Source of the DNA: Candidatus Edwardsbacteria bacterium
Lineage (GTDB): Bacteria > Edwardsbacteria > AC1 > EtOH8
Assembly (NCBI GenBank): GCA_020053305.1
Contig: JAGVNJ010000009.1
Span: forward strand, 10,426 to 74,425
DNA: 64,000 nucleotides
Reading direction: 5' to 3'
In this document: one piece after another, positions 45,362 through 53,912 of the stretch
Numbering within the stretch: the stretch's first letter is position 1
How the letters are laid out: every line of letters starts with the position of its first letter
The notes under the pieces: generated by a model
What the model was told of the DNA's origin: nothing
Seen by the model: the letters and a program-made list of their open reading frames with translations, nothing else
The model's database searches: none
Made by a program: the position numbers and the translations under genes

Positions 45362-45424
45362 GACCTCTCCCTGCCTATCGGCTTCCCTCTCCTAAAGCAT
45401 TAGGAGAGGGGCAGGGGTGAGGTC
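45362..45424. repeat. GACCTC...CCCTCTCCTAAAGCATTAGGAGAGGG...GAGGTC palindromic element
   Basis: Nested stems; the 26-bp core 45385-45410 is identical to 47883-47908. Confidence 0.85.
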
Positions 45425-45447
45425 CTCTGGTCAGAATTAACTCTTTA

Positions 45448-45477
45448 AAAAAGCCCGGATAAATATCCGGGCTTTTT
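45448..45477. terminator. Bidirectional terminator between the dipeptidase and mlaF
   Basis: AAAAAGCCCGGATA-AA-TATCCGGGCTTTTT. Confidence 0.88.
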
Positions 45478-46205
45478 CAGTCGGCCTCGCCTTTGATGAA
45501 CCGCTGGACCCTCTCGTCCGGCGATCTTTTTATCCCCTCCGGGGTTCCGCAGAAGATGATCCTCCCCTGGTGCAGCATGGCGATCCGGTCGGCGATCTTG
45601 GAAGCGCTGACCATGTCGTGGGTGACGGCGATGGAGGTCAGCGACATTTTATTGCGCAGGGCAATTATCAGGTCGTTGATCTTGTCGGCCATGATGGGAT
45701 CCAGCCCGGTGGTGGGCTCGTCGTAAAGAATGTATTCCGGGTCCATGGCGATGGCCCGGGCCAGCCCCACCCGCTTCTTCATCCCGCCGGAAAGCTCGGC
45801 CGGCATTAATCCTCCGGTGCCCGACATCCCCACCATCTCCAGCTTTTTATTAACGATATCGGAAATCTGTTCCGGTGAATACTCCGAATGCTCCTTAAGC
45901 CCCAAGCCTACGTTCTCGGCCACGGTAAGTGAATCGAACAGGGCCGCCCCCTGGAACAGCATGCCCAGCCGCTTCCGCAGGGCAAACAGTTCATTTTTTT
46001 TGATATGGGACAGCTCGGCGCCGTCAATCCTGATGGACCCCCGGTCCGGCTGCATCAGCCCGATGATATGGCGCAGCAGGACGCTCTTGCCGCAGCCCGA
46101 CCCGCCGATGATAACCATGGTCTCCCCGGTGTTGATGCTTAGGTCCACCCCGGCCAGCACCTGCTTGGAGTTGAAGGATTTGTATAGGTTGGAGATCTCG
46201 ATCAT
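45477..46205 (-). CDS. mlaF: MlaF/Mkl-type ABC ATPase
   Basis: GGSGCGKS, LFQGAALFDSL, LSGGMKKRVGLARA and YDEPTTGLDP motifs. Confidence 0.92.
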   Translation of the reverse strand: MIEISNLYKSFNSKQVLAGVDLSINTGETMVIIGGSGCGKSVLLRHIIGLMQPDRGSIRIDGAELSHIKKNELFALRKRLGMLFQGAALFDSLTVAENVGLGLKEHSEYSPEQISDIVNKKLEMVGMSGTGGLMPAELSGGMKKRVGLARAIAMDPEYILYDEPTTGLDPIMADKINDLIIALRNKMSLTSIAVTHDMVSASKIADRIAMLHQGRIIFCGTPEGIKRSPDERVQRFIKGEAD

Positions 46206-46215
46206 GATAACTCAA

Positions 46216-46995
46216 TTATTTCTGCCATAATATTTTGCTTCGCACACATTCAATAAAATCGCATTTAGTATAAAAATCAGACAAATCGCCCGATGTTTCC
46301 AGCAATACATATTTTAATCTTAGATTATTGACAACCCTTCTTATCGCCATCATCATTTGTTTCCCAAAACCCTTACCACGAAAGGTTTCATCTATTTCGA
46401 CATCAAACAATCTGGCGTAGCCGTCGAGTTCGGCGATGTATACCGAACCGATCATATCGCTGCCTAACTTGAACCAATAAGGTTTAAAGACATTAATGAA
46501 GGATGTTTGTAAAGGTTTAAGTTTAGAATACCATTCTTCTTGATAGTAATCTCTGTTCTTCAGCCTGGAGTGGTACCAATCAAAATATTCGGCAATAGAG
46601 GGCCTGTATAATTTGGCCTCTGTCGAGATGTCTTGGCTCTCGGCTTGCATAAAGATGGCATCGCTAAAAACAAGTCTTTTCTTACTAAAATGATCAACCC
46701 ACGTGATATCAATTTTCATTCCAGAGCCAATGTCATAACGGTTCGGAAGGTCCAGTTTATTATTCCGGTGAATATCTTTAATCTGGTTAAGGACAATCTC
46801 CATTCCGCTTATAGAATTGGCGGTTACATTGATCGCCCGGTTGAAGTCACCGCTCCATGGGACAAAGGGATTTCTGACATGGATAAAACTATCATGTCTT
46901 TCCGGGATACCGCCATAGGCTTTTGTAAGTTCAACTTCTGATTCTATTGACAATTTTGCCCAATCCGGGTATATGAGAGTATTGCTATTTAACAT
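46216..46995 (-). CDS. AT-rich GNAT-family acetyltransferase
   Basis: Start re-called to ATG 46995 (TAATG overlap with the mlaE stop); VEIDETFRGKGFGK and FYTKCDF motifs. Confidence 0.8.
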   Translation of the reverse strand: MLNSNTLIYPDWAKLSIESEVELTKAYGGIPERHDSFIHVRNPFVPWSGDFNRAINVTANSISGMEIVLNQIKDIHRNNKLDLPNRYDIGSGMKIDITWVDHFSKKRLVFSDAIFMQAESQDISTEAKLYRPSIAEYFDWYHSRLKNRDYYQEEWYSKLKPLQTSFINVFKPYWFKLGSDMIGSVYIAELDGYARLFDVEIDETFRGKGFGKQMMMAIRRVVNNLRLKYVLLETSGDLSDFYTKCDFIECVRSKILWQK

Positions 46996-47795
46996 TATCT
47001 GAATATCCAGGCCGAGATAATGTAATCGAATATCAGTATCAGCACCGCCGAGGTGACCACCGAATTGGTAGTGGCCTTGCCCACCCCCTCGGCCCCGCCC
47101 TCGGTGGCCGAACCGTGGAAACACCCCGAGGTGGCGATGATGATCCCGAAGAACACCGATTTGACGATCCCGCCCACCAGGTCCCGGGTGTGAAAATGGA
47201 ACCGCAGGCCGTCCAGATACATCTGGCTGGAGATGCCCACCGAAAGCACCGCCACCAGCCAGCCGCCCACCAGGGCCACAAAGTTGGCGAACACCGTCAG
47301 CACCGGGGCCATCACCGCCCCGGCCACGAAGCGCGGCATGTACAGATAGGCCACCGGGTCGATGGCCATGGTCTCCAGGGCGTCTATCTGCTCTGTTACC
47401 TTCATGGTGCCCAGCTCGGCGGCGATCCCAGCCCCCACCCGGCCGGCCACCACCAGGGCGGTCAGCACCGGGCCCAGCTCCATCAGCACCGCCCGGGAGA
47501 TCCCGGCCCCCAGCCAGATGGGCGGCACCAGCCCCTGCATCTGATAGGCGGCCTGCACCCCGGCCACCATCCCGGTGAACACCGCCGAGAACAGCACCAC
47601 CGGCAGGGAACTCACCCCGAAGAACATCATCTGGGTGATCACCTGGGAATAATTTCTGAAGAAATGCCTCAGGGACAGGGATATCTTTCCCAACAGGATG
47701 AAAGCCGCTCCCCATTCCTGAAAAAGGTCGATGGTCGAGCGGCCGATGTTATCGAAAACACTTCGTTGGGAAAGGATGTTCAGTTTGAAAGGCAT
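46995..47795 (-). CDS. mlaE: MlaE-family ABC permease
   Basis: ELGPVLTALVVAGRVG, AELGTMKVTEQIDALE and GGAEGVG.ATT motifs. Confidence 0.95.
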   Translation of the reverse strand: MPFKLNILSQRSVFDNIGRSTIDLFQEWGAAFILLGKISLSLRHFFRNYSQVITQMMFFGVSSLPVVLFSAVFTGMVAGVQAAYQMQGLVPPIWLGAGISRAVLMELGPVLTALVVAGRVGAGIAAELGTMKVTEQIDALETMAIDPVAYLYMPRFVAGAVMAPVLTVFANFVALVGGWLVAVLSVGISSQMYLDGLRFHFHTRDLVGGIVKSVFFGIIIATSGCFHGSATEGGAEGVGKATTNSVVTSAVLILIFDYIISAWIFR

Positions 47796-47869
47796 GTCCT
47801 TAAAATATATTTAGTTCAAGAAAGGCCTTATAGGTTATAGAAAATTACTTCCCCGCTTTCTCTTATAAC

Positions 47870-47922
47870 ACCTCTCCCCCGCCCCTCTCCTAAAGCATTA
47901 GGAGAGGGAGATGGGTGAGGTC
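47870..47922. repeat. Second copy of the CCCTCTCCTAAAGCATTAGGAGAGGG element
   Basis: ACCTC...GAGGT outer arms; core identical to the 45385 copy and in the same orientation. Confidence 0.85.
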
Positions 47923-47929
47923 GGAAGTT

Positions 47930-48170
47930 TTAGGGAACGGCAAACTAACGCAATTAATAATAATATGTATCCAACCCGCTGTCTTATTATCACTAAGACT
48001 ATTACACCAGCAACGCCGACCGTAACCGTCCCCTAAGACCCAGCTTAACCTGTAAATTCTTACAGGCTAAGTTAAGTGGACCAGGCGTCCAAATAGGGTC
48101 CGGGGGCACAGTGCGAATAACTCGGGTAACAGTATAAAAACGATCCCTGCTTCGCAGTGTGTGCCCTTTT
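47930..48170 (-). ncRNA. Candidate structured non-coding RNA (~240 nt), possibly an orphan IS110-family non-coding end
   Basis: Four adjacent stems (48104-48166, 48078-48101, 48038-48077, 47930-48036); most mismatches resolve as G-U on the minus strand. Confidence 0.55.
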
Positions 48171-48239
48171 CATTAAAGTATTGTTGTTTATATAAGCGAT
48201 TTTTCAACTGTTAAGCCCTGTGACCCCGGCGGGTCTTTC

Positions 48240-48265
48240 GCCCTTTCTGCCCGGACAGAAAGGGC
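48240..48265 (-). terminator. Hairpin immediately after dnaB
   Basis: GCCCTTTCTG-N6-CAGAAAGGGC; no U-tract. Confidence 0.45.
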
Positions 48266-48273
48266 AGAGAAAT

Positions 48274-49662
48274 CTAGAACTGCTCGGTCCTCTGCTCCTG
48301 GGTCTGGTTCTCGAACCGGGTATATTCCTTGAGGAAGGTCAGGTTGAACTTCCCGGTGGGCCCGTTCCTCTGTTTGGCAATTATCAGCTCGGCAGTGTCG
48401 GCGTCCATCTGCTCGGACTGGCTCCACTCCTCCTTGTCCCGATAAACCCCCTTCTGGCGGTGCAGGAACAGCACCACATCGGCGTCCTGCTCGATGGCCC
48501 CCGATTCCCTCAAGTCGGACAATATGGGGCGCGAGTCCTGTCCCCGCTGTTCGGAGATACGGGAGAGCTGGGACAGGGCCATCACCGGAACATTAAGCTC
48601 CTTGGCCAGGGCCTTGAGTGAGCGGGAGATCTCGGAGATCTCCTGCTGGCGGTTCTCGGAGCGGTAGCTGGAACCCCGCATCAGCTGGAGGTAGTCCACG
48701 ATGATCAGCCCCAGGTCCACCTCGGACTTCAGCCGCCGGGCCTTGGCCCGGATCTCCAGGGGGCTGGAGCTGGAGCTCTCGTCTATGTAGATCGGGGCCT
48801 CGTGCAGCAGGCCGGCGGCCGACACCAGCTTGGAAAAATCCTGCTGGGAGAGATAGCCGCTGCGCACCTTGTGGCCCGGCACCCGGGCCTCGGAGCACAG
48901 CAGGCGGATGACCAGCTGTTCCTTGGACATCTCCAGGCTGAATACCGCCACCGGGATCTTGTTGACGATGGCCGCCTGCTGGGCGATGTTCAGGGCGAAG
49001 GCGGTCTTTCCCACCGAGGGACGGGCACCGACGATGATCAGATCCCCCTTCTGCATGCCGGAGGTCATCTCGTCCAGGTCGGCAAAACCGGTCTCCACCC
49101 CGGTGATGTGCCGCTTCTCCTTGTACATCTTCTCCACCATCTCGAAGCTGTCCTTGATGAAGGAGCCCAGCGGCATCAGATGCTTGCGGAGGCGCTTTTC
49201 CTTGATGGAGAATATCAGCTGTTCGGCGCGATCCAGCAGTTCCTCGGCGGTCTCGCTGGCCTCGTAGCAGGAGGAGACGATCTGGGTGGCGGAGTTGATC
49301 AGCCGGCGCATGACCGCCTTCTCCAGCACGATCCGGGCGTAATAATCTACATTGGCCGCGGTGGCCACGCTCTCCACCAGCCGGGTGAGGTACACCGGGC
49401 CTCCGGCGTCGTCCAGCCACTTGAGGCGCCGCAGTTCGTCGGCCACCGTCACCAGGTCGGCCGGCTGGTTCTTCTCGTAGAGGTTGATGATGGCCCGGAA
49501 TATCTTGCGGTGGGCCGAGGAATACAAATTCTCCTCGTCGCTGATGATCTCCACCGCCCGGGATACCGCTTCCGGGGACAACAGCATCGAGCCCAGCACC
49601 GCCATCTCGGCGTCCTGCGACTGGGGCGGCAGTCTTTCTATCATGTTATTGCTGTCGGCCAT
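48274..49662 (-). CDS. dnaB: Replicative DNA helicase
   Basis: PPQS..AE, ARPSVGKT, FSLEM, VDYLQLM, SQLSR, DLRESGAIEQDAD and KQRNGP motifs. Confidence 0.98.
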   Translation of the reverse strand: MADSNNMIERLPPQSQDAEMAVLGSMLLSPEAVSRAVEIISDEENLYSSAHRKIFRAIINLYEKNQPADLVTVADELRRLKWLDDAGGPVYLTRLVESVATAANVDYYARIVLEKAVMRRLINSATQIVSSCYEASETAEELLDRAEQLIFSIKEKRLRKHLMPLGSFIKDSFEMVEKMYKEKRHITGVETGFADLDEMTSGMQKGDLIIVGARPSVGKTAFALNIAQQAAIVNKIPVAVFSLEMSKEQLVIRLLCSEARVPGHKVRSGYLSQQDFSKLVSAAGLLHEAPIYIDESSSSSPLEIRAKARRLKSEVDLGLIIVDYLQLMRGSSYRSENRQQEISEISRSLKALAKELNVPVMALSQLSRISEQRGQDSRPILSDLRESGAIEQDADVVLFLHRQKGVYRDKEEWSQSEQMDADTAELIIAKQRNGPTGKFNLTFLKEYTRFENQTQEQRTEQF

Positions 49663-50332
49663 CGGACCTTTCCTGATCGTATATCTTTCTTACCAATTGG
49701 ACGTCCTCCCAGGTCTGCCTCTTCCAGGCCGGGTTCCGCAGCAGGGCCGCCGGATGAAAGGTGGGCACCAGTTTTATATTGTGATAGTAGTAAATCTGGC
49801 CCCGCATCTTTGAGATCGGGGTGGCGTTCTTCAGCAGGGTCTGGGCGGCGAAGGTTCCCAGGGCGCAGATCACCTTGGGTTTTATCAGTTCCAGCTGCCT
49901 GATCAGATAGGGCTCGCACAGTTCTATCTCCCGGGGTTCCGGATTGCGATTGCCCGGCGGCCGGCACTTGAGGATGTTGCAGATATACACCTGGGAGCGG
50001 TCCAGCTTGATGGCCTCGATGATCTTGGTCAGCAGCTGCCCGGCGGCGCCCACAAAGGGCTTTCCCTGCAGGTCCTCATCATGGCCCGGGGCTTCGCCCA
50101 CGAAGACCATATCGGCTTTGGGGTCACCGTCGCCGAACACGAAGTTGGTGCGGGTCTTGGACAGCGGGCATTTGGCGCAGCCGGATATCTGTTTTTGGAA
50201 TTTCGCCAATGCCCCGGAATGGCCGGAGCCGGAGAGCGCCGGTTTTTTGCTCAGCACCAGTTCGCTGACGCCCTGCTCCTGCTCCTGAAGAAGATATTTC
50301 CTGAGCCGGCTGATGGCCGCGGTTGATGTCAT
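49646..50332 (-). CDS. Uracil-DNA glycosylase family 4 ([4Fe-4S])
   Basis: CAKC, VGEAPG, PFVG, NILKCRPPGNR and HPAALLR motifs. Confidence 0.95.
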   Translation of the reverse strand: MTSTAAISRLRKYLLQEQEQGVSELVLSKKPALSGSGHSGALAKFQKQISGCAKCPLSKTRTNFVFGDGDPKADMVFVGEAPGHDEDLQGKPFVGAAGQLLTKIIEAIKLDRSQVYICNILKCRPPGNRNPEPREIELCEPYLIRQLELIKPKVICALGTFAAQTLLKNATPISKMRGQIYYYHNIKLVPTFHPAALLRNPAWKRQTWEDVQLVRKIYDQERSDGRQQ

Positions 50333-51525
50333 CTATCGGCTCCTATCAATTTGATGGCCCGATCCAGGATCAGGTCCGCCAGCTTGGATTTGGGCATCTG
50401 GGGGAATTTGGCGGTCTTCCCTTTTTTGTCGATGATCACGGCCTGGATGTTATCGCTGGACAGCGTTTTTGCCGGGTTGGCCACGATCAGGTCCAGGTTT
50501 TTGGTGATGAGTTTTCCCCTGGCATTGGCTATCAGGTTGTCCGTCTCCAGGGCGAAACCCACCAGCACTGTTCCCGGTTTTCTTCTGACTGAGGCCAGGT
50601 GGATTATATCGGGGTTCTTTTTAAGGGTCAGAGTTATATCGCGGTCGTTTTTCTTTTTGATCTTGCCCGAAGAGATATTTTTTGGAGCGTAGTCCGCCAC
50701 CGCCGCGGCCATGATCAGAGCCCGATTATGCGGCAGTTCCTTAAGCACCGCCTGGCTCATCTGGGCGGCGGTGCTGACCTGGATATGCTTGAGCACCGCC
50801 GGCGCCGGCTCATCAACCGTCCCGGTGATCAAGGTCACCCTGGCTCCCCGGCGGGCGGCCTGTTCGGCCAGGGCCAGGCCCATTCTGCCTGATGAGCGGT
50901 TGGAGATGAATCTCACCGGATCCCATGGCTCCTCGGTCCGCCCGGCGGTGATGATCAGCGGGATGTCCCGGTAATCATCCTTCCAGCCCAGCAGGGAAAG
51001 AATTTCATTCTCGATCTTCTCCACCGGGGCCAGGCGGCCGCTGCCCTCCGCCCCGCAGGCCAGCCTACCGGTTTCCGGCTCCACCACCCGCCAGCCGTTA
51101 TCGGTAAGCCGTTTTACGTTCTGCCGGACGATCGGATTCTCCCACATATTGACATTCATGGCCGGGGCCAACAGCACCGGGGCCTTGACGGCCAGGGCCA
51201 CCGTGCTCAGCAGATCGTCAGCGATTCCGGCGGCTGCCTTTCCGATGAAGTTGGCCGAGGCCGGCACTATCGCCAGCACATCGGCCAGCTGGGCCAGGGA
51301 GATATGCTCGATATTCTGCGGCTTGGAATCCGGGAAAAGTTCCAGGGCCACCGGATTGCCCGACAGGGCTTCAAACGAGGCCGGTCCCACCAATTGGCAG
51401 GCATTGGCGGTCATGATCACCGTCACCCGGCAACCCTTCTTTCTTAGGCGGCTGACCAGGTCCAGGGCCTTGTAGGCGGCGATGCTGCCGGTCACTCCCA
51501 ACACTATGTTGGGAGCTTTAGTCAT
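50329..51525 (-). CDS. coaBC: Phosphopantothenoylcysteine decarboxylase/ligase
   Basis: GVTGSIAAYK, APAMN, DPVRFISNRSSGRMG, AAVADY and GFALET motifs. Confidence 0.97.
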   Translation of the reverse strand: MTKAPNIVLGVTGSIAAYKALDLVSRLRKKGCRVTVIMTANACQLVGPASFEALSGNPVALELFPDSKPQNIEHISLAQLADVLAIVPASANFIGKAAAGIADDLLSTVALAVKAPVLLAPAMNVNMWENPIVRQNVKRLTDNGWRVVEPETGRLACGAEGSGRLAPVEKIENEILSLLGWKDDYRDIPLIITAGRTEEPWDPVRFISNRSSGRMGLALAEQAARRGARVTLITGTVDEPAPAVLKHIQVSTAAQMSQAVLKELPHNRALIMAAAVADYAPKNISSGKIKKKNDRDITLTLKKNPDIIHLASVRRKPGTVLVGFALETDNLIANARGKLITKNLDLIVANPAKTLSSDNIQAVIIDKKGKTAKFPQMPKSKLADLILDRAIKLIGADR

Positions 51526-51712
51526 GGCTGTGGAATTCCACCTTGTGGTCCCTAAGCCGCTCCAGGGCCAGCGAGATGGGCTTTAAGGCCATGTCCATCC
51601 GGCCCAGCCTCCGTTTGTCATTAAGTCGCCGGGCCTCCTTGGCGGCCACCAGGACCGCCATGTATTTGTTCTCCATGCCCTCGCTCAGCTCTTCGATGGG
51701 GATGAATGCCAT
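51518..51712 (-). CDS. rpoZ: RNA polymerase omega subunit
   Basis: NKYMAVLVAAKEARRL and KPISLAL motifs; lies between gmk and coaBC. Confidence 0.92.
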   Translation of the reverse strand: MAFIPIEELSEGMENKYMAVLVAAKEARRLNDKRRLGRMDMALKPISLALERLRDHKVEFHSHD

Positions 51713-51735
51713 TGTAGATCTCCTTGAAATATTTT

Positions 51736-52350
51736 TTATATTATTTTTATGATCTCGTCCTTGTTGTAGCGGGAAAGGCGGCGGCGCTCGGCCTGGATGA
51801 TGGCCACCACCGCATCAATGGCCTGGTTAAGGTCGTCGTTGACCAGCCAGTAATCGAAATCCCCGATCTGCTCCATCTCCAGCCGGGCCTTGTTCAGCCG
51901 TTTGCTGATCACCTCGTCGCTGTCGGTGGCCCGGCTCATCAGCCTCTGCTTCAGGGCCTCGATGGAAGGCGGGATCACGAAGATGCTGATCGCCTGGGGA
52001 TAGGTCTTCTTGACCGACCGGGCTCCCACGGTATCGATGTCCATGATCACGTCCCGCCCCTGCTCCAGCTGGCCGGAGATGTCCTTGCGGGGGGTGCCGT
52101 AATAATTGTCGTGGACCATGGCCCACTCCACTAAGGCGTCGCTCTCCAGCATCTTCTCGAAATCGGCCGCCGACACGAAGTGGTAGTCCTGCCCGTGTTT
52201 CTCGTTGGGCCGGGGCGGCCGGGAGGTCACCGATATGGAGTAGACGATCTCGGGGTGCCTCTCCACCACTTTGCGGCACAGGCTGGTCTTGCCCGCCCCG
52301 GAGGGGGCGGAGAGTATTATGGGAAAACCCTGGCGTGATAAATTATGCAT
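51736..52350 (-). CDS. gmk: Guanylate kinase
   Basis: APSGAGKT, SRPPR..E..G.DYHF, YYGT and NDD motifs. Confidence 0.97.
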   Translation of the reverse strand: MHNLSRQGFPIILSAPSGAGKTSLCRKVVERHPEIVYSISVTSRPPRPNEKHGQDYHFVSAADFEKMLESDALVEWAMVHDNYYGTPRKDISGQLEQGRDVIMDIDTVGARSVKKTYPQAISIFVIPPSIEALKQRLMSRATDSDEVISKRLNKARLEMEQIGDFDYWLVNDDLNQAIDAVVAIIQAERRRLSRYNKDEIIKII

Positions 52351-52368
52351 AACTATCCGTCATTAATT

Positions 52369-53892
52369 TCAGATCGATACCCTGATCCCGGCGTTGAGGG
52401 CGATGGTCTCCCAGGGCTTGAAGTCCTCCACCTTCTCCAGGTTGGAAGTGCTCAGGATGCCGTTGGCCAGGTTTATCCGGGAGCCCAACATCAGCTCGCC
52501 CTTGGGGAAGGGAATGCCCAAGCCGGCGCCCAGGATCACCATGGGGGCCGAACTGTAAAGCTTGTCATCCTCCAGTGCCAGGTATTGCCAGCGGCTGGCC
52601 AGCCCCAATCTTAAGCTGGTTCGTTTGATGGACAGCGAGGTGCCCAGCGAGGCGTAGGCGTTGCCGATCATGGGCCATTCCCCGGTCATCATGTCCATGC
52701 CGCCGTTTACCCCCACCCGCAGACCCCACAGTTTTAGACCCAGCGAAGCCTTCAAACTGGTCACCCCGGGAAGTTCGATCTCGCCGGTGTCGGTGTCGGT
52801 CTTTCTGGTGTATTCCACCCCACCCAGGTTGAGCTTGACGTCGCCGGTGAAGGTCTGGGTCAGGGTATCGTACTGCAGGTTGTTAACGCTGATGCTGTCC
52901 AGAACCGGCTGCCCGTGGGGCAGCCCGGAGTTGTTGAAGTAATATCCGGATAGCTTGTAGGGCATCCCCAATTCCAGGGACATCCCCAGCTTGACGATGG
53001 GCAGTTCCATGTTTCCGCCCAGCACCAGGCTGTACTGGGTTCCTTTGAGATCGCTGGAGAACTTGCTGTAGAATATAGAATCCCCAAACGGGGCGTAGAC
53101 ATCCACCGTGTCAAAATAGACACTTGGCCCGCCGGAACTTGCCGAATCCGCCAAAACTCCCCTAAGGCTGTCCAAACTTCCGGCAAGTTTGAGACTGGTA
53201 TTGGCGATGGCCTCTATCCTGGTCACCTTGACGCCCATCCCCATGTTGAATGGACCGTACTTGGTGCCGGCGCCCACGAAGATCGGCTGGTTGGAGATTC
53301 TGGCCTGGCCGCTTCCCTTCAACCGGACGTTGGTGATGGCCGAAACATTGAAGGTCACCGGTATTTCCAGACTGTCGGGGAGGGTTCCGTTGGCGTCGCT
53401 AGCCAGGGTATAATCATAAGCATAATTGAACTTCTGGGAGATGTCCAGGTCGGCCTTATCCAAACCGACCTCCACCGCAAAGCTCCGCTGGTAGGCGATG
53501 CCCACCCCGAAGGGCCCCATCTTTCCGGCCACCCCGGCGTAATCCAGCCCGCCCTGGTCGGTTAGGGTCAGGTAGGTGGGGATCTTCAGTTCCCCGGTAA
53601 CCTCGGTGCTGTCCATCAGCTTGATGTCCGTGTTCATGCTGGCGTCCTTGGACAGGCTGCCGGCCACGGTGACATCCATGATCCCGGTCAGCCCCAGCCC
53701 GCCGGGGTTGTTCATCATGCCCACGCTGCCGTGGGCCAGATTGAGGTCCAGAAAGCCCAGGTCCAGAAAATAAAGATTGAGCTCCGGGGTGGACATGGCG
53801 ATATGGGCCTCCATCTGGGTGGAGAGCGTCTGGGCCGACAGCCCGCCGACCAGCGCCAGACACAGGGTTATTGATAAGGCGATTTTTTTCAT
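52369..53892 (-). CDS. Hypothetical outer-membrane beta-barrel protein (FadL/TraF-like)
   Basis: Signal peptide, NPGGL motif near the N-terminus, amphipathic strands, terminal LNAGIRVSI. Confidence 0.6.
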   Translation of the reverse strand: MKKIALSITLCLALVGGLSAQTLSTQMEAHIAMSTPELNLYFLDLGFLDLNLAHGSVGMMNNPGGLGLTGIMDVTVAGSLSKDASMNTDIKLMDSTEVTGELKIPTYLTLTDQGGLDYAGVAGKMGPFGVGIAYQRSFAVEVGLDKADLDISQKFNYAYDYTLASDANGTLPDSLEIPVTFNVSAITNVRLKGSGQARISNQPIFVGAGTKYGPFNMGMGVKVTRIEAIANTSLKLAGSLDSLRGVLADSASSGGPSVYFDTVDVYAPFGDSIFYSKFSSDLKGTQYSLVLGGNMELPIVKLGMSLELGMPYKLSGYYFNNSGLPHGQPVLDSISVNNLQYDTLTQTFTGDVKLNLGGVEYTRKTDTDTGEIELPGVTSLKASLGLKLWGLRVGVNGGMDMMTGEWPMIGNAYASLGTSLSIKRTSLRLGLASRWQYLALEDDKLYSSAPMVILGAGLGIPFPKGELMLGSRINLANGILSTSNLEKVEDFKPWETIALNAGIRVSI

Positions 53893-53912
53893 GGTGCAAT
53901 CCTTCCGTAATA

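Noticed and set aside
46996-47715. N-terminal extension making the GNAT ORF 499 aa (possible mlaE-GNAT frameshift fusion)
   Set aside because: It is an off-frame reading of mlaE; no slippery site seen, and TAATG coupling explains the GNAT start
47930-48170. Cobalamin or c-di-GMP-I riboswitch, 6S RNA, or a 33-aa small ORF
   Set aside because: Lacks B12-box and GEMM core motifs, is not a single 6S-like rod, and the small ORF has no RBS or recognisable features
48274-49662. Intein in DnaB
   Set aside because: Normal length (462 aa) with contiguous motifs
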